Positions 8,407 through 16,758 of a stretch of DNA of 64,000 nucleotides are shown piece by piece. The stretch spans positions 4,312 to 68,311 of the forward strand of contig JBDNIH010000168.1 of assembly GCA_041688385.1 (NCBI GenBank). Direction: 5' to 3'. Made by a program: the position numbers and the translations under genes. How positions within the stretch are numbered: the stretch's first letter is position 1; every line of letters begins with the position of its first letter. The notes under the pieces are model-generated. The model was not told the DNA's origin. It did no database searches and was given only the letters and a program-made list of their open reading frames with translations. Origin of the DNA: Bacteroidia bacterium (GTDB taxonomy: Bacteria; Bacteroidota; Bacteroidia; UBA7662).

Positions 8407-10080
8407 TTAAAATCCGCCTACTTTATCATCTCCTCGGGGATCTGCGCCACCTTCTAGGGTAGCGTCAGGTAAAATACGTATGCCTTCGGCACGCCCGTAA
8501 GGAGAGGATGGTTTGAGTACATAGCCTCTTTCTTTCAAGTCGCGCAACATCCTTTTGTTAAAGCGGCCCAATTCAAATTTGACTTCGTCTGGCAACCACT
8601 GGTGGTGAAAGCGGGGGGATGAAACTGCGGCTTGTATGTTTTTGTCGTAGTCAAGCACGTGCATCAAAACCTGAAAAACAGTCGTAGGTATGGTACTTCC
8701 ACCAGGTGTGCCTGTGATGAGGTAGGGTTTTCCCTTTTGCAGCACAAGGGTAGGGGTCATAGAGCTGAGCATACGTTTGCCGGGGGCGATGGCGTTGGCA
8801 GCGCTGCCAACAAGACCGTAGCTGTTGGGAATGCCTGGTGCGATGCTGAAATCATCCATGGTATTGTTGAGCAGAAAGCCCGCGCCGGAAACAATCACTT
8901 TTGAGCCGTAAGGACCATTCAAGGAGGTGGTAGCCGTCATCAGGTTACCTGCTCCATCTGCCACACAATAATGGGTTGTCTGATCGGACTCTTGATAGAC
9001 TGTGCCAGGGAGGGTTTGGGTAGATTTGCCGGCATATTCCCAGCGGATGTTAGCTATACGTTTAGCGAGATAAACAGAATCAGTTAGTGCAGCAACGGGT
9101 ATAGTCACAAAATCTGGGTCGCCCAAATAGGCAGATCTGTCGGCATACGCTCTGCGTTCCGCTTCAATTACCAACTGCAGGCTACGCATATCGTTAGGGT
9201 CCCAGCGGTCTATAGGGTAGTTGTGTGTCATCTGCCAAATCTGCGACAGCAACACCCCTCCTGAGGAAGGTGGACCCATACTGTGAATGGTATAGTCACC
9301 GTAATCAAAGTGTAGGGTTGGACGCCAAATAGCTTGGTAGTCCGTTAAATCCTGTTGCGTAATGTAACCGCCACCAGCCGACATTTGCGCCACCAGGCTA
9401 TCCGCTACCGGACCGCTGTAAAAGCCTGCTTTTCCGTTTTCGGCTATTAATTCTAAGGTTTTGGCCAGCTGGGGATTGAGGAGGAGCTCTCCAGCTTTGA
9501 CATGGTGCTTATGGGTCAGATAGCTGTGTTTGCCGTTGTATTTTTCTAATTCCTTGTGGTGGCTGTTGAGTAAAGCAGCTTCTTTTTCTGTCAGTGGCCA
9601 GCCATGGCGGGCATAGGTAATGGCAGGTAACAACAGCGAATCCCAAGCCATGCGGCCGTATTGCTGATGCAAGGCATACATGCCAGCCACCGTGCCCGGT
9701 ATGCCAGCAGCTTGTAAACCATGGGTACTTCGTTTGGGGATTGGGTTGCCGGCACTATCAAGATACATGGTGCTACTTGCCGCCGCCGGGGCTTGTTCGC
9801 GGTAGTCCAAACTATTAATTTCTCCGTCGGCAGTATGGATGATGGCAAAGCCACCACCGCCTATATTGCCGGCGACCGGGAAAACTACAGCCAAGGCAAA
9901 TTCGGTAGCTACACCCGCGTCGAAAGCGTTGCCACCTGCCCGGAGCACAGCTAATCCAGCCTCGGTGGCCAAGGGGTGGGCACTAACCACCATGCCCTCA
10001 CAAGCATAATAGGGAGTAAGCGGATTGCCATTGCGCAAAAGCGGAACCAGCAAGAGGGCAATGATGAGGGAAGTTACCAT
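8407..10080 (-). CDS. ggt: Gamma-glutamyltranspeptidase
   Basis: The 557 aa protein has a signal peptide, the GGGGFAIIH motif, the autoprocessing/catalytic Thr in TTHYCVADGAGN, and the GSxIxTT motif. Confidence 0.9.
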   Translation of the reverse strand: MVTSLIIALLLVPLLRNGNPLTPYYACEGMVVSAHPLATEAGLAVLRAGGNAFDAGVATEFALAVVFPVAGNIGGGGFAIIHTADGEINSLDYREQAPAAASSTMYLDSAGNPIPKRSTHGLQAAGIPGTVAGMYALHQQYGRMAWDSLLLPAITYARHGWPLTEKEAALLNSHHKELEKYNGKHSYLTHKHHVKAGELLLNPQLAKTLELIAENGKAGFYSGPVADSLVAQMSAGGGYITQQDLTDYQAIWRPTLHFDYGDYTIHSMGPPSSGGVLLSQIWQMTHNYPIDRWDPNDMRSLQLVIEAERRAYADRSAYLGDPDFVTIPVAALTDSVYLAKRIANIRWEYAGKSTQTLPGTVYQESDQTTHYCVADGAGNLMTATTSLNGPYGSKVIVSGAGFLLNNTMDDFSIAPGIPNSYGLVGSAANAIAPGKRMLSSMTPTLVLQKGKPYLITGTPGGSTIPTTVFQVLMHVLDYDKNIQAAVSSPRFHHQWLPDEVKFELGRFNKRMLRDLKERGYVLKPSSPYGRAEGIRILPDATLEGGADPRGDDKVGGF

Positions 10081-10141
10081 AGGTTTAACGGCTGAAAAAT
10101 AAGGTATTCAAGTCGCTTGTGCATCCGTGCTGGCGGGCATT

Positions 10142-11557
10142 TTATTTACCCCTGGCCTCAAGTATGGTGAGTATGGTGTAAATCATAATTTTGAAGTCGA
10201 CCAACAACGACATATTCTCAATATACAAAATGTCGAATTTCAGCCTTTCCACCATTTGGTCGATGTTTTCGGCATAACCGTATTTTACCTGACCCCAGGA
10301 GGTAATGCCCGGTTTTACTTTGAGCAGGTGTTTATAATGGGGTGCTACTTTCATGATTTGATCGATAAAAAACTGTCTTTCGGGCCGTGGACCGACCAAT
10401 GACATCTCACCTATCAAAACATTGTAGAATTGCGGGATTTCATCGAGCCGCATTTTACGCATAAACGTACCCCATCGGGTTACACGTGGGTCGTTGTCGC
10501 TAGAGAGCGCCGGGCCGTTTTGTTCGGCATCCACCAACATCGACCTGAACTTATAAATGGTGAACGGAACGCCTTTATAGCCAATGCGCTCCTGGCTATA
10601 AAAAATGGCTCCTTTCGAAGACATTTTTACTCGAATTGCGATATAAATTAAGAGCGGTAATAAAATCAGCAAGGCAAAAAGTGAGGCAGCGATATCAAAG
10701 ATCCGTTTGAGTGTTCGTTGCCAAGCAGGCATTATAGCCGGATAAATTTCGATGAGGATGGCACCAAATATCTGCTGCATTTTAACGTGCCCCAGCATTA
10801 TATCGTACATATCCGGTATAATTTTGATGATAACACCTTCGTCCTTGACCATATTAACCACCTTGTTGAACTTTTTGTGCTGGTGGTCGTCGAGTGCAAT
10901 AATTACCTCCTCGATTTTATGTTCGCGTATGAGTTCAGGTAGCTGTTCTATTTCGCCTAATTTGATCAAATGATCACTTAATGGTGTTTTTTCTTTGGCG
11001 TAAAGGGATACAAAGCCAATGAAGTTGTTGCCTAAAGGTTTTGAACGACTGTGAATCTCCTGATACAACTCCAATGCACTTTGATTACCGCCAACCATGA
11101 TGGTATTGAATCTAATTTTTCCAGCATTAAAACGATACGAAATGCGCGTAAGCTGCATGAAGCGCATCAAAAAGGTGATGCCCAGTTGTAGGAAAAAGAG
11201 GGTACTGAACGAACGGTAGTACCCGTCGATGGAGAAGATAATGTCATCGAGTATAATGATGAAAAACAAAATCGTTACCCCAATCAGCGTTGCCAAAAGG
11301 GTGCGTCCCAATTCATTTAAACGCGATTTACGATAAACATCGCTGTAAGTACCCATGAGGGCGTACAATATCAACCAGCAGGCGGGAAGCGTGAGCAGAC
11401 CACCAACCAAGTTTTTATCGAAGTCGAAATAGTTGTTTTCACCGAAAAAGTGAGAGGCAATGTAAAATTTGCGGTAATAGAAGAATAGAAACCACGCCAA
11501 TGCTGCCGACAGCCAATCGCCCAAGATGTATTGAAAGGTGTCGAAGCGCTTTTGCAT
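10142..11557 (-). CDS. Polyprenyl-phosphate sugar-phosphate transferase (WbaP/WcaJ-like initiating glycosyltransferase)
   Basis: The 471 aa protein has N-terminal transmembrane segments and a C-terminal bacterial sugar transferase domain (KRIFDIAASLFALLIL...YKFRSM...DEIPQF...SLVGPRPE). Confidence 0.85.
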   Translation of the reverse strand: MQKRFDTFQYILGDWLSAALAWFLFFYYRKFYIASHFFGENNYFDFDKNLVGGLLTLPACWLILYALMGTYSDVYRKSRLNELGRTLLATLIGVTILFFIIILDDIIFSIDGYYRSFSTLFFLQLGITFLMRFMQLTRISYRFNAGKIRFNTIMVGGNQSALELYQEIHSRSKPLGNNFIGFVSLYAKEKTPLSDHLIKLGEIEQLPELIREHKIEEVIIALDDHQHKKFNKVVNMVKDEGVIIKIIPDMYDIMLGHVKMQQIFGAILIEIYPAIMPAWQRTLKRIFDIAASLFALLILLPLLIYIAIRVKMSSKGAIFYSQERIGYKGVPFTIYKFRSMLVDAEQNGPALSSDNDPRVTRWGTFMRKMRLDEIPQFYNVLIGEMSLVGPRPERQFFIDQIMKVAPHYKHLLKVKPGITSWGQVKYGYAENIDQMVERLKFDILYIENMSLLVDFKIMIYTILTILEARGK

Positions 11558-12414
11558 CAGCGGATGAGCTTCAGGTTATCGACTTGTATCTGACCAGTTA
11601 CGCCATCGGTTCGGTTGTAGATACCTGCTAAAATGATGCGGTACGTATAACCAGAGTTTCCACCAATAAATGGCGTCAGATTGATGTATTGTTTTTTCCA
11701 AACAGCACTGGTATTGAGCACCACAATGGGCTGCTCAAAGCTAGAACCATCTGGTGCAAACGCAAGATAACCAACAGACAAAGGCACATTGTTGCGGTAG
11801 TTTATTTCGATAAATTGATTTGAGCCATCCCGAATAAGCGAAAAGGCCGTATTGGTTTCGCATATAAAAAAGGGTCTTTCGGCATTCACATAGGCCAGTA
11901 AGCTGTTGTTGCCCTCGAAGACCAAAGAACTATCAGCAGTACGAATGAGGGTGGTATCGCTTTGTTGACTGCGGCGTAAAGTAAAACCTTGTAGTTCAAA
12001 ATCTTCCTTCCACACAAACTCAATGGCCGTATTGTAACGTAATGCAGGCACGATGGTGTCTGTTTCTCCCCGAACAAGGTTGATGAGGGTGTCAAATCCG
12101 GCGTAATGCGGATAAGACGCCCGAGTGTTAGAAACGCCATTGAGCAGTATACCCCCATTGAGACGCATTTTCACCAGACCTTCTTTCAGAATTGGAATAC
12201 GCGCTGGCAATTGATATATGCCCTGTACTTCATCGTCGATATACACCCAAATGTCTTGCACGTTGTGTGATGCTGAGCCTTCCACTGCATACTCTGTGCT
12301 TAGGGTTATGCTAGGCACAAAAATATAGGCAGGTATACCTCCGTCGGGTTCGTAGAGGTATCGACAACTTTGGGTACTCAGCAGAAGTAGAAGAAGGAGT
12401 ATTTTGTTTTTCAA
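11557..12414 (-). CDS. Hypothetical lipoprotein (signal peptide + lipobox ...STQSC)
   Basis: The 285 aa protein begins MKNKILLLLLLLSTQSC. Its start overlaps the oxidoreductase stop (ATGA) and its own stop abuts the sugar transferase start, so it is translationally coupled within the operon. No recognisable catalytic motif. Confidence 0.5.
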   Translation of the reverse strand: MKNKILLLLLLLSTQSCRYLYEPDGGIPAYIFVPSITLSTEYAVEGSASHNVQDIWVYIDDEVQGIYQLPARIPILKEGLVKMRLNGGILLNGVSNTRASYPHYAGFDTLINLVRGETDTIVPALRYNTAIEFVWKEDFELQGFTLRRSQQSDTTLIRTADSSLVFEGNNSLLAYVNAERPFFICETNTAFSLIRDGSNQFIEINYRNNVPLSVGYLAFAPDGSSFEQPIVVLNTSAVWKKQYINLTPFIGGNSGYTYRIILAGIYNRTDGVTGQIQVDNLKLIR

Positions 12415-13397
12415 TGCAACTGGTTCTTTTCGATTTGTTCCAAAATGCGGTGAGCGGTCTCCAGTGCCTTATAACCGTCTTCGATGGTTACCGCGGGCCT
12501 ACTGTTTTCACGTATTGCCCGGGCAAATTCGGTTAGTTCGGTTTGGATTGCGTTAATCTCCGCCACTTTTGGTTTTTCGAAGCCGATGACTTTTTTGCCG
12601 CGCTCCGGACCAAGGTCGATTTCCATGGTTTGCGGCAGTTGGTTATCGTTCGAGTCAGTTAAACGCAAAACTTCTGTCTCTTTGTCTAAGAAATCGATAG
12701 AAATATAGGCATCATGCTGAAACAATCTCATTTTACGCATATTTTTTATCGAAAGGCGGCTTGCGGTGAGATTGGCCACACAACCATTTTCAAATTCGAT
12801 GCGAGCATTGGCGATATCGGGTGTTGATGACACCACACAAACGCCGCTTGCACTAATGTTTTTGATACTGCTTTTCACCAAGCTCAGCACGATGTCGATA
12901 TCGTGAATCATCAAGTCGAGCACAATACTCACATCGGTTCCGCGCGGATTAAACAAGCTCAGGCGGTGGGCTTCGATGAACATCGGTGAAGTGACATAGG
13001 GGCGTGCCGTGAGAAATGCCGGATTAAAACGTTCTACATGGCCCACTTGTACTTTTACGTTGGCCTCACTGGCCATACTCAGCAAATGGCGCGCTTCTTC
13101 AACTGTATTGGTGATTGGTTTTTCAATGAAGACGTGCTTTAATTTCCGCAGCGCCAACAGCGCACAATCGTAATGTGAAAGCGTAGGGGTAACGATGTCG
13201 ACGATATCAACAGCTGCTACTAAATCCTCTAGATTTTTAAAGCGTGGGATGGCAAAAATATCCTCGACCTTGGCAGCATTTTCGTCGTTTGGGTCGTAAA
13301 AACCCACCAGTTCAAAAATTTCGGGCGATAAGCCGATACAACGCAAATGGACTTTCCCTAGGTGACCAGCACCCAGTACCCCGATCTTCAACTTCAT
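12411..13397 (-). CDS. Gfo/Idh/MocA-family NAD(P)-dependent oxidoreductase (sugar dehydrogenase-like)
   Basis: The ORF track gives 12411..13532, but the Rossmann motif MKLKIGVLGAGHLGK places the probable ATG start at 13397. The EKP motif is present. Confidence 0.8.
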   Translation of the reverse strand: MKLKIGVLGAGHLGKVHLRCIGLSPEIFELVGFYDPNDENAAKVEDIFAIPRFKNLEDLVAAVDIVDIVTPTLSHYDCALLALRKLKHVFIEKPITNTVEEARHLLSMASEANVKVQVGHVERFNPAFLTARPYVTSPMFIEAHRLSLFNPRGTDVSIVLDLMIHDIDIVLSLVKSSIKNISASGVCVVSSTPDIANARIEFENGCVANLTASRLSIKNMRKMRLFQHDAYISIDFLDKETEVLRLTDSNDNQLPQTMEIDLGPERGKKVIGFEKPKVAEINAIQTELTEFARAIRENSRPAVTIEDGYKALETAHRILEQIEKNQLH

Positions 13398-13516
13398 GCG
13401 GCAGTTTTGGTTGCTACGAAAATAGGGTGATTCCTCGGTAAAATGGCAAAAGGCGGGTAGAAAAAGCGTAAAAGTGGGAAAGTCGTCGCCTTTTCTGTCG
13501 CTTTCCTTGCGTATGT

Positions 13517-14194
13517 TTGCAGACCATGACATCCGCTGCTGGCTCTGCCTTTCCCGATACCTTCAAACACAAAGGCCTGCGTAAAAAGTTGGTCGAAACC
13601 CTACGCCAAAAAGGCATCAACGACCAAAGCGTACTGGAAGCCATCAACAGCGTGCCACGCCATTTATTCCTCGAAACCGCCTTCCTGGAACTGGCCTACG
13701 ACGACCGCGCCATGCCAATAGGCGAGGGGCAGACCATCAGCCAGCCGTTTACCGTTGCTTTTCAAAGTCAGTTACTCGAGCTTAAAAAACGAGACAAAGT
13801 GCTGGAAATCGGTACCGGTTCAGGTTATCAGGCCTGCGTGTTAGAGAAATTGGGTGCAAAAGTGTACAGCATCGAACGCCAACGCAAACTCTACGAAAAA
13901 ACGAAGAAGCTGTTGACTGCCATGGGCTACAAAATCAACTGCTATTTTGGCGATGGAACACTCGGTTTGCCTTCCTTCGCACCTTTCGATAAAATTATTG
14001 TCACCGCCGGCGCACCGGTAGTGCCTCAGTCGCTCACCGACCAACTTAAACCCGGTGGCATACTTGTTATTCCCGTTGGTGACGAAGCCAACCAACAAAT
14101 GCTCCGGCTCCGCAAAATGCCTGACGGTGACATCGTTTCTGAAGAATTTGACAGCTTTAAGTTTGTGCCTTTACTTGGGAAGCAAGGGTGGTAG
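13517..14194 (+). CDS. pcm: Protein-L-isoaspartate O-methyltransferase
   Basis: The SAM-binding motif LEIGTGSGYQACVL is present and the rest matches the PCMT family. Confidence 0.9.
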   Translation: MQTMTSAAGSAFPDTFKHKGLRKKLVETLRQKGINDQSVLEAINSVPRHLFLETAFLELAYDDRAMPIGEGQTISQPFTVAFQSQLLELKKRDKVLEIGTGSGYQACVLEKLGAKVYSIERQRKLYEKTKKLLTAMGYKINCYFGDGTLGLPSFAPFDKIIVTAGAPVVPQSLTDQLKPGGILVIPVGDEANQQMLRLRKMPDGDIVSEEFDSFKFVPLLGKQGW

Positions 14195-14248
14195 GCTTGG
14201 CGGTTTAATAGCCAATTTTTTTAGGCGTTTTTATTGGCTGGGTGGTCT

Positions 14249-14378
14249 TTTATTTCGCTGTCTATAGTCTACGGTTGATGGCCGATGGTTCATTTTTGCG
14301 CTGTTCTTTGCTTCGCTATCCATAGTTTATGGTCATCCTACGCGGTGTACGGTATTTCGCTGTGTATAGTCCATTTGT
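14249..14378. repeat. Three degenerate direct repeats (core TTCGCTGTNTATAGTYYA, extended about 47 nt unit) in the pcm/smpB convergent intergenic region
   Basis: TATTTCGCTGTCTATAGTCTACGG is at about 14251. CTTCGCTATCCATAGTTTATGG is at about 14310. TATTTCGCTGTGTATAGTCCATTTG is at about 14353. The flanking TTGATGGYSG tails are also repeated. Confidence 0.45.
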
Positions 14379-14558
14379 TTTTGATGGTGGTTATTTCAGA
14401 TGGCTGATTTAATTAATCAGTGAACCTTTTTCAGGAAGAGACAAAGAGACCGCCCTAGATATTTATAACCTTAGAACCGTATAACCAGCAATTTACTTTA
14501 CGACGTATAACGATGTAATCTTAGCTGAATTCCAAATTTCGAACTTTGAATTTGAAAA

Positions 14559-15005
14559 TTACTCCCCTCGCGCCATTTCGCGTTTGACGTCTTTTTCTTT
14601 GGTAGCATCGCGCTTATCGTGGTTTTTTTTACCGCGTGCCAAAGCGATGTGTAGTTTCGCAAAACCCCGCTCATTAAAGGCCAGTTTTACAGGAATTATA
14701 GACAATCCTTTTTCTTTTACCCGGTGTTCTAGCTTGCGCAATTCCTGCTTGTTGAGTAAAAGAATACGGTCGCGCAGCGGTTCGTGGTTGAGGTAAGACG
14801 CTTCTTTATAAGTAGAAACATGCAAGTTGCGCACCACCAGTTTGCCCGATTGAAAAACACAATAGGCGTCAGCGATATTGGCCTTGCCTGCGCGTATCGA
14901 CTTAATTTCACTGCCCATCAATACCATACCCGCTTCGAATTGCTGTAAAAGCTCATATTCGAAGGAAGCGCGTCGGTTTGTGATATGGATATGCACAATG
15001 GCCAT
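14559..15005 (-). CDS. smpB: SsrA-binding protein SmpB
   Basis: The 148 aa protein has the SmpB family pattern ...NRRASFEYE...GSEIKS.R and a basic C-terminal tail. Confidence 0.9.
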   Translation of the reverse strand: MAIVHIHITNRRASFEYELLQQFEAGMVLMGSEIKSIRAGKANIADAYCVFQSGKLVVRNLHVSTYKEASYLNHEPLRDRILLLNKQELRKLEHRVKEKGLSIIPVKLAFNERGFAKLHIALARGKKNHDKRDATKEKDVKREMARGE

Positions 15006-15053
15006 GGGGTCGCAAAAATAAGAAATTAAAGCGTGTAAAGGGCTTCGCCAATC

Positions 15054-15446
15054 TTAACGTATGCTGTCGAAAAGCTGGAGTATACGTTCTTTTTTCAGGA
15101 TTTTTTGTCCCTGCCTGCCGCTTGCAATGAGCCGGTTACCCACCTTCGCCTCGTAGGTGCAAATCACATGGTTACCGGTAATACTTTCCAAAGTAGCCGT
15201 AAATACCACTTCTTGCCCAATTAATGCCGGGCTCCGATGTTCCACAGTTACAAAGGTGCCAATGCCTTCTTCATCCACTTCGCGCATCTCAAGTACAAAT
15301 TGTCGACATGCCCATTCCGCTTCACGCGACACTGCAAAGGTGGCATAAACGGGATGCACATTGCCCGTGGTAAAGGTGGCTGCATCCGCCTCGGTTACCA
15401 GATGCTGGATTTGTTTAAGAGCGCCTAGGTGAAAGGGGGTAATCAT
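15054..15446 (-). CDS. Hotdog-fold thioesterase family protein (FlK-like)
   Basis: The 130 aa protein shows a pattern parallel to fluoroacetyl-CoA thioesterase-type hotdog proteins (HPVYATFAVSREAEWACRQ...GIGTFVTVEHRSPALIGQEVVFTATL). It is coupled by ATGA to the upstream DtxR gene. Confidence 0.55.
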   Translation of the reverse strand: MITPFHLGALKQIQHLVTEADAATFTTGNVHPVYATFAVSREAEWACRQFVLEMREVDEEGIGTFVTVEHRSPALIGQEVVFTATLESITGNHVICTYEAKVGNRLIASGRQGQKILKKERILQLFDSIR

Positions 15447-16114
15447 AGGTTTTTTTGTACAAAAATGCTGCTACTGACTTGTTTTGAAACGACTAGCTCT
15501 CTGCCATCTGCAAATCCAATCGTCATGGAGCCATCAAAATCCACGCGTTTAAGCACCTTTATTTGTTTGCCTAAATTGAGGTTTACTTCGTCGAGATACT
15601 GGAGAAATTTGGGATCATGCTCAAAAACTGCGATGACCATACCTCTGTCGCCAATGCCTAATTTGTTTAGTAGTATCTGATTGGTTTGTGGTAGTTCACC
15701 ACTGGCACTTGGAATAAGGTCGCCATGTGGGTCGCTTGTAGGATTACCTAGATAATCATCTAGCCTTTGTATCAGCTTGGGTTCGCTCACATGTTCCAGT
15801 TCTTCTGCGATTTCATGTATTTCGTCCCAACCAAAATTCAGCTTTTGTACTAAAAATACTTCCCAAAGTCTATGACGGCGGATAATAGAAAGCGCTGTTA
15901 ACCGTCCTACCGGTGTAAGTGTTACACCTTGGTATTTTTTATAGTCTATCAGCAGTTTTGCCGCAAGTTTTTTAAGCATGTCCGTCACCGAAGCTGCACG
16001 TGTTTGCAACTGCTCTGCGATAGCGTTGGTGCTCGCTCCTTGCAAATCGTGCTCAGTAAGTTTGTATATCGCTTTGAGGTAATTTTCCTCGGTACTACTC
16101 AATCGGGCCTGCAT
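15443..16114 (-). CDS. DtxR/MntR-family metal-dependent transcriptional repressor with C-terminal FeoA/SH3-like domain
   Basis: The N-terminal HTH reads ENYLKAIYKL...ASTNAIAEQLQTRAASVTDMLKKL. The metal-binding and dimerisation regions follow, and a C-terminal FeoA-like domain completes it. 223 aa. Confidence 0.8.
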   Translation of the reverse strand: MQARLSSTEENYLKAIYKLTEHDLQGASTNAIAEQLQTRAASVTDMLKKLAAKLLIDYKKYQGVTLTPVGRLTALSIIRRHRLWEVFLVQKLNFGWDEIHEIAEELEHVSEPKLIQRLDDYLGNPTSDPHGDLIPSASGELPQTNQILLNKLGIGDRGMVIAVFEHDPKFLQYLDEVNLNLGKQIKVLKRVDFDGSMTIGFADGRELVVSKQVSSSIFVQKNL

Positions 16115-16407
16115 CCGACAAAACTAAAACACATCCCCCCGCAATCAAAGTAAAAGTTGAGCACTGCTTTGGCGCGGGCACAAAGGAGCTGAAATTTGGC
16201 ATTTCTCAATACAATCAAGTCGCAAAACTGCCCGACGCACAAAAGCCTCTGTGCCTTTGCACCGCTGCGAGCAATAAAAAGCCGCACTTAAAACAGCCTT
16301 GAACCATCAAAAGGGCATATTTATAAATATTAACAAAAATATTTCACATAGTACCTTGCATAAACCAGTACCATTTATACCTTTGTACCATACATAGCAA
16401 GTAAGTA

Positions 16408-16758
16408 ATGCAAACAGAAAACACATCCATCCAAATGCGCAAGGGCACCCTAGAGTACTGCATACTCCTGGTGATCTCCCGCGGGGAGGTGTATACATCC
16501 GACCTGATCGACGAGCTCAAATCTGCTCGTTTTATCGTGGTAGAAGGTACCCTCTATCCCTTGCTGAACCGGCTCCAGAAATCGGGCTACCTCGATTACA
16601 CCTGGAAAGAATCTCCCGCCGGCCCGCCTCGTAAATACTACCGCCTCACGCAGGCCGGTACGTCTTTCCTCAAAGCGCTCCACGCTACTTGGAAAGAGCT
16701 GAGTGACTCTATCAACCTCATTATCGCCAACACAAAAAAAACCACTGGCCATGAATAA
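16408..16758 (+). CDS. PadR-family transcriptional regulator
   Basis: The 116 aa winged HTH has the PadR hallmarks LEYCILLVISRGEVYTSDLIDELK...GTLYPLLNRLQKSGYL...KYYRLT. Confidence 0.85.
   Translation: MQTENTSIQMRKGTLEYCILLVISRGEVYTSDLIDELKSARFIVVEGTLYPLLNRLQKSGYLDYTWKESPAGPPRKYYRLTQAGTSFLKALHATWKELSDSINLIIANTKKTTGHE

Noticed and set aside
14249-14378. Direct repeats considered as a CRISPR array.
   Set aside because: There are only three degenerate copies with unequal spacing, no cas genes and no leader. They are reported as a repeat, not CRISPR.
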